Shown here: in pieces, positions 35,251 to 49,400 of the stretch | How the letters are laid out: each line of letters opens with the position of its first letter | Position numbering within the stretch: the stretch's first letter is position 1 | Assembly: GCA_013239625.1 (NCBI GenBank) | Contig: MU057344.1 | Location: 1,366,276-1,430,275 of the forward strand | DNA length: 64,000 nucleotides | Direction of reading: 5' to 3' | From: Lama guanicoe | Taxonomy: Eukaryota | The notes under the pieces: model-generated | Told to the model about the DNA's origin: nothing | What the model saw: the letters and a program-made list of their open reading frames with translations, nothing else | Databases searched by the model: none | Position numbers and translations under genes: made by a program

Positions 35251-37179
35251 GGGGACCGCAGGTACTGCGGTTTTAGCCGCGCCCCACTTGTGCGCAGGAG
35301 GCACATGGAGGATTCCGCTCCGGTGGCTGAGGCCACGCTCAGAGACGCGCTGCTGGGGAGGCGGGGGAGGAGGCTTCCTCTGTCGCTTTCACAGTGTTCA
35401 TTGCCTTGATGCTTCCAGTCAAAAGCCTGTTACCTTCGGAACAAAGAAGAATAAAGGCGGGAGGTGCGGAAGGGAGGCCGTGGCTCTCCTGCCCCGGCTG
35501 ATGGATCCAGAACCTGGGTCCCCGGAACCTCAGTCCTGGGGTTCCAGCCACACCTGCCTTAGGTGAGGGTCCGCCTCTCGGCCCAGCATGTGCCCAGGTG
35601 GGGCTCATGCCCTGTCCAGGGAGGCCTGCTGTGTCTCGGCCGGGCCGGGCTGGGCGGGGCTGGGCCCCCTCCCACCGGCCACAGAGGTGCGTGTCCTCCA
35701 AGCTGCGGTCAGGATGTGTGGCAGCAGCGGCCTAGATGCTGTGGGGCTGGATGGGTGTCACAGCGCTCTCCGCCCCAGGTCACTACCCACCGGCCACGGC
35801 CTCCCCAGGCCCAGATGCAGACGTGGCCATGATGCAGTCAGATCCTAACCAGAATGCGGAGGGAGGGGCGCCGCGGAGGAGCCAGTTGTCACTTTGGGAA
35901 GAAATGACCAGGGGCCTCCCGCAGCCCCTCAGGTGGGAGTGTGCAAGGTTGTGTGGGGAGGATTAGACAGGGGCCTGGGGACAGGGGGACAGGGGCTGGC
36001 AGCCAGAGCAAGGGCCCCCAAACCCTCCGCTGTGGACCTGCAGCTAGAGGTGGTCGAAGGGCCGGGCCCCTGTGGTCTGAGGCCCCTCCAGATTCTCCCA
36101 CCATAACTGCCCACCTCCCCAGCCGCCCTCCACACAGACGAGTGATGAACAAGGAAACGCCTGGCCCTCGAGGCCGTGGACACACCCACAGGAGTCCCGC
36201 TGGGACAGGTGAGGGGTGGCCAGCCCAGGATCCTCTCCCAGCCAGCCCTGGGGCCACCTGGACCCCCCCGTTCCACACGTGAGTAAGAGCCCCTGGAATG
36301 CAAGAGAAACCGCGCGGCCGCCCAGCCCTGCGTGGGTCCTGGAGCACAAGGCCTCCACCTGGCCCCTCCCCACGGCTGACGGAGGAAAGGGAGGCCGGCC
36401 AAGAGAAAGGGCGCCCGTGCAGGCCGGGGCGGGGAGGGCTGCGGGCCCTACCCCCGCAGCACGGGCCAGCGGAAGCGACTGTGGAGCACTCCGGTGCACC
36501 CGCAGGCTGCGGACCGCACGGACCGGCGCGGGAGTCGACCTGGCGCCGCGGGAAGACAGTGAGCGGTCAGGTGCGCGCACAGCACCCCCGTCTGGCCTTG
36601 ACTCCGAGATGCCAGCCGTGCTTAGCAAGCTGGGGCCAAGCAAGCTGTGTGATGCTTTCCTTGTGTTTTCCAACTTTTCTCCAGCGAAAATATATTTTAA
36701 AACATTTGCGTCAGGACCAAAGCTCCAGGAGAGTTAGGGACAAAAAGCAGGGGTGGGGGGAACTGGTGGTCTGGCCAGAGGCTGCCCCTCCCCCCACGGG
36801 CCTGCCTCAGTTTACCACTTAGTGGGGGCTCCAGTCAGCGATGCTGAACACAGGCGGCCCCACCAAGGGCTGGGTTGGTGTCAGTTCCTTCCTTCTGCTC
36901 CATGAGCACGTCCACTGGTGTCACATCGGCCGGCGAGGCCGGGCCTGCCCCGTCCAGTCCCACTGAATGAGCCAGCCTCGCGGGAGGCTGAGAGGGGGTG
37001 ACCTAGGGTGTCATTTCTGACGCAGCTGGCTGGAAGGGAACAGCAGAGCAGTCAGGGCTCGTGGGTGCCTGGCTGGCAACTGTGGGGCCCCAAAAGGCTC
37101 TGCTGAAGCCCAAAGGTCACCGAGGAAGGAGGTGGACAAAGACAGGAGAGGTGCTCAGTTCCGATACTGAGAAAGGAAA

Positions 37180-37309
37180 GGTGGATGGAAGGGCAGGATG
37201 GAGGGAGGGGAGTAGGGAAGATAGTTAAACAGGACGTTGGATGGATAGATGGAGGGGTGAATGAGTAGGTGACGGGTAGATGGATGAGTGGATGGTGGGT
37301 GGATAGCAG
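37180..37309. repeat. Degenerate (GGAT)n tract running into a gap
   Basis: GGAT/GGGT tetramers directly before the Ns. Confidence 0.8.
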
Positions 37310-37468
37310 NNNNNNNNNNNNNNNNNNNNNNNNNNNNNNNNNNNNNNNNNNNNNNNNNNNNNNNNNNNNNNNNNNNNNNNNNNNNNNNNNNNNNNNNNNN
37401 NNNNNNNNNNNNNNNNNNNNNNNNNNNNNNNNNNNNNNNNNNNNNNNNNNNNNNNNNNNNNNNNNNNN
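37310..37468. other. Assembly gap (159 N)
   Basis: Run of N. Confidence 1.
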
Positions 37469-38180
37469 AATGGGTAGGTGACACAAGTTCCATGTGAGAG
37501 ATTCCAAGGGGCTAGGCTGCCAGGAAGAGTGCTCAGGGCTCTGGGATCCTCTGGAAACGCCCGGGGCAGAGGGGTAGAAGAGAAGCCATTGCTGGGGGCA
37601 TCCTGCAAGCACTCATGGCCCCTGGACTCCCACAAGCTCCCTCAAACCTGCCCGCATTCTCACGTGCACAAGCAGTGCCCATCTGCCATCTACAGCCTCC
37701 GGGCTGCCGACCAGTTCGACTGGACCAGGCCTCTGCACGCAGGATCCAGCCACCAGATGTCAGGCAGCACTAGTGAGCTCAGTCTGTTGGTCACTAATTG
37801 GCTGAAGCCCTGGGCGCCAGTGACAGATGGAACGAGGGACGGCGGGACAGACAGGGCAGCCCCGGCTCAGGGCTTGGGTGGCCCGGGCCCAGCAGCCAGG
37901 GCAGTGGGAAGCAGGGGTGTCCAGCAGACCCGGGGCTGCCCACTCCCAAGTCCAAATGCCTGGCAGCTGCCCAAGGCTGCCCAGTAGCTGTCCATCCCCA
38001 TCAGGGGCCTGGGCAGTGGGGGCCGCGTGGGAGCTGGGGCGGCTGCCGCTGGGCGCGACCACTGGAGCAGAAATAAGAGCGAGCCCTCCTGCACGGGGCG
38101 GAAACGGAGGCCCTCCCGGGTAATAGCGGCCTGAGCCCTGCCCTGCGGAGGGAGATGGAGTTACAGCCACTGCTGCCATA

Positions 38181-38221
38181 NNNNNNNNNNNNNNNNNNNN
38201 NNNNNNNNNNNNNNNNNNNNN
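38181..38221. other. Assembly gap (41 N)
   Basis: Run of N, followed by a G-rich tract. Confidence 1.
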
Positions 38222-40649
38222 GGGGAGGGGGGGGTGGGGCGGCCCCGACGGAGGCTTCTGGCTGGAGCCGGGAGAACCTCCTCGCGCTAACGGCAAACCA
38301 AGCCCTTGCGGCGAACACGCAGCTACGTGTGAGTCTGGCGCAGAACGCCGCACCCACTGAAGTGGCAAGGATGGACATGGCCGAGGACTCCTGCGCCGAG
38401 ATACGCGTGGCCCCCCGAGACGTCCGCACCCAGGTGGCCGGAGGGGTGGAGGCGCTTCTGTGATGGTCAGAAGCCTGGGGGGAGGAGGGGGGCAGGGCGG
38501 GGCCAGGAGGGGCTTGGTACCAGCACAGCCTCACGGAGCTCCTAAACCCACTGATCTCCGCAGCGGCCACCTGGGAGGACCCCACTTCTCGGAGGTGGGG
38601 TCTTCAGAGCCCTCCTGCCTCTCTCCAGGCAGTGGGCAACCCGCCAGCCGGATCAGACCCTTGACAGGGGAGCAGGCGCCTTCCCCGCGCCCGGGGTGGG
38701 GCTCTGACAGCAAACCCAGAAATGGTGGCAGGGAGCTGGCCTGCGGCGGGGGTGCTCCTCCCAAGTGAGCAGAGAGGACCAAAGCGATGACCACATCCTG
38801 GGGCCCACCCTGCCCCCCTACGGCTGCCACAGGTGGCCAGGAGGGGCTGGGTGCCAGGGCCAGGGCAGAGGGCAGCCTGCTGCCCAGGATCAGCGGGGAG
38901 AGTGCGAACGTTCAGGACAAGGATCCTGGAAACCCTCAGATGACATTGCTGGGAGCACAGCTGAGATGGCCGGCCTGGCTTCCACAGCTCTGTCCTCGAG
39001 GGTCTGAGCGTGTCTGGGACGGGCAGGGCTCACGGATGGACAGAAGACTGCCCACCACAGGTTGCATCCAGTGGCAGGGACTGGACCTTACTTCTGGGGT
39101 GCTGTGCACCCCAGGCCCATGGAAGATGGGGAGGGGGCTGTGTGTTGGACCCGAGCCAGGTTACTGTGTGCTGTCACAGCAGCCGGTGTGGTGTGGCCTC
39201 AGAGCACCCCCACCCCCAGCCGGTCAGTCTGAACTCTGTGTGAGCCTTTGTTGTCTCCCTTCTCTGTCCTTCTTGCAAACACCTGGTGCCCAAGCTTGGG
39301 GCCCCCAGAACATACCCAAGCACCCTGACCCGGTGTGTGACCTCCCCACCCCGGTGCAGCCACATCGCCATCCATGTGGGCCACTTTTAGGGCCAAAATC
39401 CAGAAACCTTGAGTTCACATTCCTCCTGATTCAGCCCGGAGTGTCGGGCAACAGTGAGAGAGCTCCAGCAGAGCCCGAGAACCTGTGTGCACGGCGCTTC
39501 TGTGATGCCAGCGGTCTGGGACCCCCAAGACGCCACGTTCTGCTGACCATCCCCACCAGCATCAATGGCACACGGCCAGCACTTACCCATTGTTTGCTGG
39601 TGGGTTTTGAAGGGTCTGCAGGACATGCAAAGGAGGCCAGCAGGAGAAGGAGTGAGGGGTGTGGGAGGCGCCCGGGAGGCGGTCCTCTGGGAGAGCTTCC
39701 TGGAAGAGTGGGAGCTGGCCTGGAGGGTGATTGTGGATGTCACCGGAAGGAAGACCATCACGGGAGCATCTTCTTCTCTAGGACCAGCTCCACCCTGCTC
39801 CAGAAAAAAGGCGGCCCTGGTTCCCAGGTCTGACCGCTCCCGCTGTCCTCCCCCAAGTTGGAAACCAGCCCAGGCTGAGTGCCGGTGCTGCTGGCGCGGC
39901 TCCTCCAGGAGGCGGGAGCTCACCCCTCTGCCTGGCCCCTCCTGGGCTTGGCTAGACTGCAGCCTCACCGCCTCCCGGCCTCCCTCCCAACCTCAGCCTT
40001 GGTGACCTGGTAATTTGTGAACGTGCTTCAGGGGGCTTTACCAACTGTGTGATGGGCCAGAGGCAGGCTCTGATCGGCGCTGCCCCCTCGTGAAACCTCA
40101 GATCCCTGTTTTCACAGGCCACTGGGTCTGCAACCCCATGGACCACTGAGATATTGCTTGTGCCAGTGCTTCCGGGGCTGCAGAGAGCAAAGGGGGCCCT
40201 GATCTCAAGCCAGAGCAGGGATACGTGTGCTGGGAGAGAGAGCCAACAGACTCAAAGGGCTCTGTTTAGCGTCTACTCTGTGCAGCCAAGTAAGGGATCA
40301 TGGGGTAAAGAGAGAAGAAATCCCTGAGAGCTTCCTGGAGGAGTCTGCATTAAAGAATGTTCTGCCGTGAAGGAGCAGTGGGCTTTCCCCGGCCCCTCAG
40401 CCTGGACCTGTGCCTGGGTCTTGGGCATCCCCTTTAGCAAAGGAAAGTGTTTGTCACTCTCCAGATGGCTGCTCAGAGGGTCAGAGACGCCAGCTTTATG
40501 GGCTGGCCCCAGCTGGGTGCTTCACTGGGTTCTAAGGCTAGTAGCCCTCAGGCCCACAAGCCCATCAACACTGTCCTCGGGCAGGGCCTGCCGCCTCGTT
40601 TGGAGTCTCAGCAGGTGGGGGGGGGCACAGGCTCCGGGCCCCCTCCCCT

Positions 40650-42075
<1,426 letters not shown>

Positions 42076-42141
42076 GGGGCCCTGCTCCCGGAGCAGCCGT
42101 GGTGGGACGCGGGCTCCCTGCTCAGCATCCCCAGGGCGTTC

Positions 42142-42147
42142 AATAAA
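42142..42147 (+). terminator. Polyadenylation signal AATAAA of ACTRT2
   Basis: Canonical AATAAA 67 nt after the stop codon, with GT/T-rich sequence further downstream (for example tctttttggtggttct near 42215). Confidence 0.8.
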
Positions 42148-43019
42148 AGACAAAACGGTGCAGTCTTCGGCCGTGTCGGGCTCGGTTCATCCGAGGGAGC
42201 AGCAGAATAAGAATCTCTTTTTGGTGGTTCTGACCCCCCCTTCTGGGTTCTGAGTTGAGGCTGTGTCCGTCTGCACACTGTGCACCCAAAGCGGGGGCCC
42301 CGGCCTCGTGCCCAGAGCTTGGTCCGGCGGGACCTGGACTCTGCCTCCTAGATCGGCCAGGAGCCGGGCGGGAGCAAGCAGGAGCGCCGCCCTGTGCTGG
42401 GGGCACGAAGCCTGTGCCTGGAGGAGCGCAGCAGGGCTCCTGCTCTGCTTTCAGGAGGCCGGGCAGCCGAGCGGGCTGCGGCCCCGTCCCGGGCTGGGGG
42501 GCCGGGCAGGGGCGGAGGCGGCCGTGCGTTCAGGCCTCTGTGAGGGCTCTGCCCTGGCGGGAGTTTGAGCGTCAGCACCTCTCCTTGATCGTTGCGCTGT
42601 GTCTGTCTGTTTTTCCTTTCAAAGCTGTTTACAGCATCGTGTAGGGGTGAGCGCTGGAGACAAAGTTCAGGGCCATCAACAAAGTCATGTTCGAATAAAT
42701 TATGCATCAAGGGAATTTTTCCACGTTGAGGGGGTGGAATTCTCGCAAAATATTATTAGGAGAGAGGTGGAGAACTCAGAGACGCCTTTGTAAAGCGAAT
42801 CCCCCCTTTTCTGACAAAGGGGCGTTTTTTCAAGCGTACCGTGCACGTTGGTGGTACACACGTGCGTGAATGTGCGTGTTTACAGGTTGCGAGCACGTGC
42901 GGAAAGGCGGGGAGACACAGGCTGGGGGGGATGTAGTTCAGGTGGAGGGAAAAATGTTCTTTGAGACCATTTTCCTAAAGAAATTCAGCCTGAAGGAGGT
43001 AAAGCCGTCGATCTGAATC

Positions 43020-45250
43020 GCGTGTGCTGGTGTGCATTTAATGTTGGCCTGGCGTGTCTTTTCCCAGCCTTTTACCCTTAAACTATGTCACATTTGAGCT
43101 GTGTGTATGGTGTGCTGAAGACGGCATGTCGTGGGCCATTTGAAAAGCCCCGCCAATTTCTGCCCTTTAATCGGCGGATGCAGACGGTTCACATTTACAG
43201 CAATGAGTTCCATTCTGCTGTTTTCTGCTTGTTCGCCTGTTTCTCGTTCCCGTTTCTCCTCTCTTCCCTTTGTCACCGCGCCCCACAGGGCAAACAGGCT
43301 GGTGACTAACAGCAGGTCTCGAACTTACCTCTCACCTGGTTATAAACCCCTCCTGTCGCCTGCCTGCGCTGCCTTAGCTATTCTGTTGCAAGCTGCACTT
43401 CCTTTCCACGCAGCCCGAACAGTAAGATGCGGGAGTTGCTGGCCGAGAGCTTGGAACCAGCTGTGCCTAGTTTGAGCCCAAGCTGGCTGAGACTGGTTGG
43501 GACCACGGACCCTAAAGCGGGGCTGAGCAGGTGTTTGATGAATGAGCCTTTGACGTCAGAGGACCAAACACTCCCCCGTCCGGTCATGCTAAGAGCCGCC
43601 ATTTTTGCACATGTGTCCCACGAGGAGGCAGTAACTCAGACACACCTGCACAGAACAGCGGTTATCTCACCCCTTCCCGACCTCCCATCGCCTTGCCCCA
43701 CACCTGAGACCACCCTGCTCCTTTATCCTATAAGTACCTCCAACCCCCGGCTTTGGGGAGGCAGAGCTGAGACTGGGTCTCCCTTCTCCTTGGTTGGTGC
43801 GTTGTGAATCAGCCTTTTCGCTGCTGCAAACCTCCGTGTCTCAGCATTCGGCTTCCTGGTCTGGCTAACCCCTCCCGTGGGTCACCTGAACACCTTGCAG
43901 GCTTCCATCTCGACTTATTGATAAGGTTTTAGGGGCATTGCTTTGTGTTGCCTTCTTGGTGATTGCTCTGGGCCGCCGCCACCACCCACTGGGAGTAACG
44001 TTTTTCTGCTTGAAGTGGAGTGTGTTTAAGTCACTTTATCCTGCCAGCTTTTAAATAGACTTGTCTTACGTTTTCCCTTCAATCCTCAAGTGATTTCAGA
44101 AACTCACGAGGATAGTCTAGCATGCTCACCGCTACTTTGGCCCGATGCCATGTCCTTCCGCCCTTAGAACTTCGGTTCCAAGCTGCCCTCTGCTATTTCC
44201 TTTCTGTTTAGCGGACTTTCTTAGCAGTTCTTGAAGGATCGGTTTGCTAGGGACAAATTCCCTGAGCAAGTCTTTACCTCCTTGTCATCCCTGAAGGGTG
44301 TATTCACTGGGCACAGAATTCACAGTTAGCCGTTTTCTTTCAGCAGTTGACGAATGCTGGTTCCTTCTCCGTGGCCTCTGGGGGGCCAGATCAAAAATCC
44401 TGTTATTTGACTGGTGTTCCCCTACAGGTCGTGTGTCGTTTGTCCCTGCTGCTTTCAAGAGTTTTCCATGGTCTTCAGTTTCCAGAAGTTTAATTACGAC
44501 GTGGCTTGGCATGGCTGTCTTTGTATTTACCCTATTTGGGGTTTATCCAGCCTCTTGAATCTGTGCACGTGTCTTTGGCCAAACCTGGGGAGGTTGGTGC
44601 TAGTATTTCTTATGTTTTTAAAGTCCACTTCCTCTTCTCCCCTTCTGGGTCTCTAGGGACACCAAAGTCTGCTGTTTTCTTACTGTCCCACGGGCCCCTG
44701 CGACTCTGTTCATTTTCCAGTCTGCTTCCCCTGTCTTCAGGTTGGACAAATTCTATCCACCTGTCCTGAAAGCCGGTGATCCTCTCCTCTGTCAACACAC
44801 TCTATTTCAAAACTTTTCCAGCTAAACAAATCCGACTATGTTTTGTATTTTTTCAGTGTTGAGCCTTTCCAACACATTTCTTTTTACTTGAGCTGTGCTT
44901 TTCAGTTTGGTGATTTCCACTCGGCTCTCTTTCTGTAACTTCTAATTCTTTGCTGAGAGTTTCCTGTTTGCTTTGTCTCAAGGGAATTCGTAATCGCTTG
45001 CTGAACCCCTTTTTACGACGGCTGCTCGAAAGCCTTTGCCCAGATAATTCCAACATCGGATTCACCTCCATCTGCTCCAGCGATCACATCTGTTGATTGT
45101 CTTTTCTCATCCACGTTACGATTTTCCTGGTTCTCGGTAGGATGACTGATTTTCTGTTTTTCCCCAGACGTTTTGTAGAGCCTGGAACTCTGGATCCTAT
45201 TTCATCTGTTTGTAGCAGGCAGTCCCCTTGGTCGAGGTGGAGCACGAGGG
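43020..45250 (-). mobile_element. LINE-1 (L1M) 5' portion, antisense (ORF1 and start of ORF2), interrupted by an LTR
   Basis: The minus-strand translation PSHVVIKLLETEDHGKLLKAA (44285-44512) resembles the L1 ORF1p motif PRHIIIKLLKTKDKEKILKAA. Flanks are T-rich and L1-like. Confidence 0.8.
43290..43870 (+). mobile_element. ERV1-class solo LTR (MER34/MER39-like)
   Basis: tgacgtcagaggaccaaacactcc..tcatgctaa..gccgccattttt..agaccaccctgct..cctataagta..ggggaggcaga..tgagac resembles the MER34/39 group. TATA-like CTATAA near 43728. Boundaries approximate. Confidence 0.7.
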
Positions 45251-46382
45251 CTGGGCGGGTGGGCGGGCCAGGGTTCGGCAACGGGCCCACTGACACCTCC
45301 CCAGCAACTCACGCAGCTTTCAGACAGGCGGAGCAGAGGCTCAGCTCGCCTCTCAGCCGCACTAAACCTTCCTGGGGAATGCAAGCACCTACAAACATCA
45401 CCTCGCTGCCTCTGAGTGGTGGTGAACACTCAGTTCCCTACAGGGCCCCGCAGACACTGCTGGGGGGCGGAGTGTCAGCTAGCCCCCCTCCCACTGCCAC
45501 CTTCCGTCTTATTTATGCTGGGCCGAGCTGCGGGGCCCATCCCTGCTGGGCACCCCAGACACCAGGGGTGGGGGTGCAGCAATGCGAAGACCCTGCTCAC
45601 ACCAGCTCATTCAGTCTCCTTGCCGCTGGGAGGGACTGGGGCTCAGTTCACCTCTGGACCTCACCAACACTACCCCAGCAGGGGAAATGGAGCCCCTGGA
45701 AGCGGGGAGACCGTGGGACTGGGGTGGAGTGGTAGATTAGATGACCTGCCCACTCTGCCCACTGGAAACACACAGCTGGGTGTGGTTTTCTGGCATTTGG
45801 CTGGAGGAGGGAAGATGCTCCCTAAAATGAATTCTGTTCTTGGGCCACACTTTGCCCAGCAGGACCAGGATTTATCGCGAGTGCTCTGTCTGTGCCTGCT
45901 GGAGATCTTGGGCTGGAGGCGTCTCTGGAGCCCTGCTGGGGATCCATGGGAGACAATAAGGAAGCCCAGGGAGCTGCCCACGCCCCAGGCCCCAGCAGCC
46001 TGCCGCCTTCCCACCTTCCAGACACATCTTAGGTTTACTTACTGTGTTACTGCCGGGGATTTTAGTTGTAAGAGGGAGGACCTGGAGGGATGGGCTCCTG
46101 AGTAATGTTTCTGTTTCTTTCCATCATGCCTGAGGGTCACAAGGGAACTTAGGCAGGGACGCCGGCCCCACTTTCAATGCCCTCTCTTTAAGGGTCACTG
46201 TTTTACAGGAGAGAATGTTGAGGCTCAGGAGTTGTGGTTTTCCAGAGCCACACAGGGACTGTGAGCAGAGCGCATTCCCGATTCCCAGTCCAGGGCTCCC
46301 TCCCCTTTGCACACTTCTTCTCCACCCATGCAAGCTGCTCTGCTTCTCATGTGGTGGCTACTGCTACTGCTGCTATTTCTAC

Positions 46383-46466
46383 GGTGGTAATGATGATGAT
46401 GCTGATGATGGTGATGGTGATGGTAATGATGGTGATGGTGGTGGTGGTAGGTATGGTGGTGATGAC
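46383..46466. repeat. (GAT/GGT)n trinucleotide microsatellite
   Basis: ggtggtaatgatgatgatgctgatgatggtgatggtgatgg... Confidence 0.95.
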
Positions 46467-49400
46467 AGTGGTTTTCTGACCTCTAGGTCATCTTTAGCAC
46501 TTAGGTCCTTGGGGTGCTTCAGTGTGGAGAGGAAAAGTAGCTTCTCAAGTCCCTGACAGAGTCCATAGCAGAAGCTTTGAAACTGATCTGGCTTCCAATT
46601 CTGGCTTCCCTGAGGACATGAGAGGTCCAGGGGAGTGTCAGGCAGGCTAGACAGTGGCTAGCGATGGAGGAGGAGGAGAGTAGCCCTGGCTTTAGCCTTC
46701 CTGTCCATAGCTTGAGCCCTGCTTTGGCCTGAAGATGTCGAATGTTAAAGGTCAGGGCTTGGAGATGGGGGAGGCTAAGTCCTGGAGGAGCGGCCAGAAG
46801 CCTTCCTCTGGCACTGAGCTCCTCAGACGCTGCCTTCCAGGAGGCCAAGGAGTGAATCCGAGTCCTTTTCCCTGTTTATCAGATCTGAGTTCCCACTCCC
46901 CACATCTTGACAGAGGCCTCTTCAAACCCCTTCCTGCCCTTCCCATCCCTGTGGTCCTGAACAATGTCTTCCTGTGAAGTGACACTTGGATGTGAGAAGT
47001 GGCAGGATGCCGCGGGCAGGCCAGCTCCACTCAAGTTTCAAAATTCATGGGTAGGCGAGGATGTGGAGCTGGAAACCCTGGTTCTGAGTGAGACACACCA
47101 GCATCTCCGGTAGAGCCCAGATGCTGTCAGCCTCTCCATCTCCCCACCGAGGGCTCTCTCCTGGCCCTATAGAGATGACCATTCATCTCTAGAAGGCCAG
47201 CTGGTGTGACTCTAAAGTCCAGGCCCTTCCGTGTTCTGAGGGTGGACAGTGCTCTGGGCTGCCCCACATTCTACACTGGCTGCTGCCATGATGTTCAACT
47301 CTGGTGCCCCCAGACCCTGGCTGCCATCCCGGACAGTAGCTCAGGTTCCTGCCGGGGCCTCAGGAGCAGGGTCCATGAAAGATCCCAGCCGTGATTGTAG
47401 GGTACCCTTAAACCCTTGTTGTTGCGGGAACCAGACCCAAGGACGGCTGCCTTGCTGAGACTCAGGCCCATGGGGTGTCCCTGCTTAGACACCCTGGCAG
47501 CCAGCCCATGGCGTGGCCAGCTCCTGGGACTTGGTGGGGATCTGGGGGCACGTCTCCCGCCAGGGTCTCCAGCAGCCCGGCCTCTGACGGAGGCGTTGCG
47601 AGCCTCGCGGAGGAAGGGCCACTGTGAAGGAGTTGCTTTGGAGGACCTGATGCTCAAGGACCCTTCACCCCCTGGCCAAAACCCAGGCCTCATTGGGGAC
47701 AGTGTGGAAACTGTGACGACCACTGTGCCTGTCCATGAGGACAATGTGGCCTGAGCTGGAGAGCGAGACGTCCCTTGTGCCTCTGTCCTGCAGGAGCAGG
47801 GTCCCTTCTCTGTGGGCCGGGCTGAGGGTACAATTGGGCAGAGTACGAACGAGAGGCCACCAGCCCCCCGCAGAGGAAGCAGAAAGGACTGAGGTTGACA
47901 GGTGTGACTTCCCAGGGCCACACCACCCGGAGCAGAGGCCCCTGAATTCACAGCCGGTCCTAACGGTGGGGCCAAGTGTAGACAAGACATCCACTGGGCC
48001 CGCCGAGGCACGTGGCTACGTCTGCAGACACGCCTGGAAGTGCCCAGAGTACCCCAGGCTCCCTACCTTCCAGGTGGCGGGTCACCTGTCCCACCTTTGA
48101 GAGGCCGGTGCAGCCCTGCACCCTGACAATGCTTCTCCCACACTGGACTGGTCACCAGCAGGCTCCCTGCGATCTAATTCAGGCTTCTGCCCAAAGCCAC
48201 AATGGCTACACGTTGGCACAGGGGGTCCTGGCCTTGGACCAGGTCGGGTGACAGAGCCTCCACCAGGAGTACCCCCTGAGCTCTGTGCCACACTGCCTGC
48301 CCCAGAGTCCACGGTTTCCACAGTGAGGGTCTCCAGGGCCAGCCCTGGACACAGCCCAGCCGCCTGTAAGGGTGAGCGCCAGCGACCGCGGCCTCACTGA
48401 CAGGGGCCCTACGGTCCCCAGAGGTGTGCCAGGTGCGGGCCCTCCCCTGGACAGCCAGTGTCCAGGCACAAAGTGGCTATCAACCAATGAGTGGGACTGC
48501 CACCCCATCCCCTCACCCGGGCCCAGCTCCGCTCGCCTGGGAGGACAGAATTCAGCCCCAGACTCACAGCTGTCTCATGTCTCCCTCCTGGCTGCTGGGA
48601 GGGGGGAGCCCAGGAGAGCCCGGGGCTCAGCCCCCCACGGGCCCCCAGACCCCTGTGACCAAGCCCGAATTCAGGAGAGCAGGAGACCTCCCCTCCATCA
48701 GGGCAGGCCTGGGGCACGGGGCTGCAGGCTCCTGCTCAGGGAGACGGAGGGGAGGCAGCCCACACGCAGACACATGGGGCCGGGGGAGCCTGGCCTCCCT
48801 CCCCTTCCCCCCAGGACGTGCCCCCAGCCCCAGGGAGCTTCATCCTCAAAGTGCTTCCTAGATGTGGGAAGGCTGGTCCCCACAGCTGGGACCACAGCTC
48901 ATCACTCATCACTCACTCATCCCACAGAGGCAGGGGGAGAGGCCCCCAAGTTCTAGGCAGCGATCCATGTGCCGTGGGCTCTGCGGGGAGCAGACATGCT
49001 GTTCTAGCAGACACGGCTGCTGGGGCTGTGGGGGCAGGCAGTGAGCAGAGGCGGGTACCTGGACCACCCTACCACGTGCCGTGAAAGGCTCACTCGCTCT
49101 ACAGCCACCGGAGCCCGGGAGGGGCAGGGTGGGGGTGTCCAAGTCCTGCAGCCAGCAGGCTCCACACATGCCTCCCAGCCCCCGAAGTCGGGGCGGCACC
49201 AGAACCGTGAGCGATTCCCTCCATGTGCAGTGTCCGCACACCTGCGTGGACCGGGGCATCCAGCCTGAGAAGCACGGAACTGCTGGGGTCCAGCCGCCCC
49301 TGGCTCGGCACCCCTCCTGCCCTCAGCTGTGCCCCTAGACTCTGCCCTGAGGTTTGAAGGCCTGCCGGGACACTCTCTCCAGGGCCTTCTGGCAGAGCGG

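Noticed and set aside
38787-39833. 348-aa ORF upstream of ACTRT2
   Set aside because: Pro/Gly/Arg/Cys-rich with no motif or evident codon bias, and it appears to run through decayed repeat-like sequence. Consistent with chance in GC-rich DNA.
40080-40093. Second CTCF-like site (reverse strand TCACGAGGGGGCAG) upstream of ACTRT2
   Set aside because: Two mismatches to the core consensus; such matches are common in GC-rich DNA.
42927-42945. GGGGATGTAGTTCAGGTGG, resembling a tRNA or tRNA-SINE 5' end (A box)
   Set aside because: No B box, cloverleaf or A-rich tail follows; too short to call.
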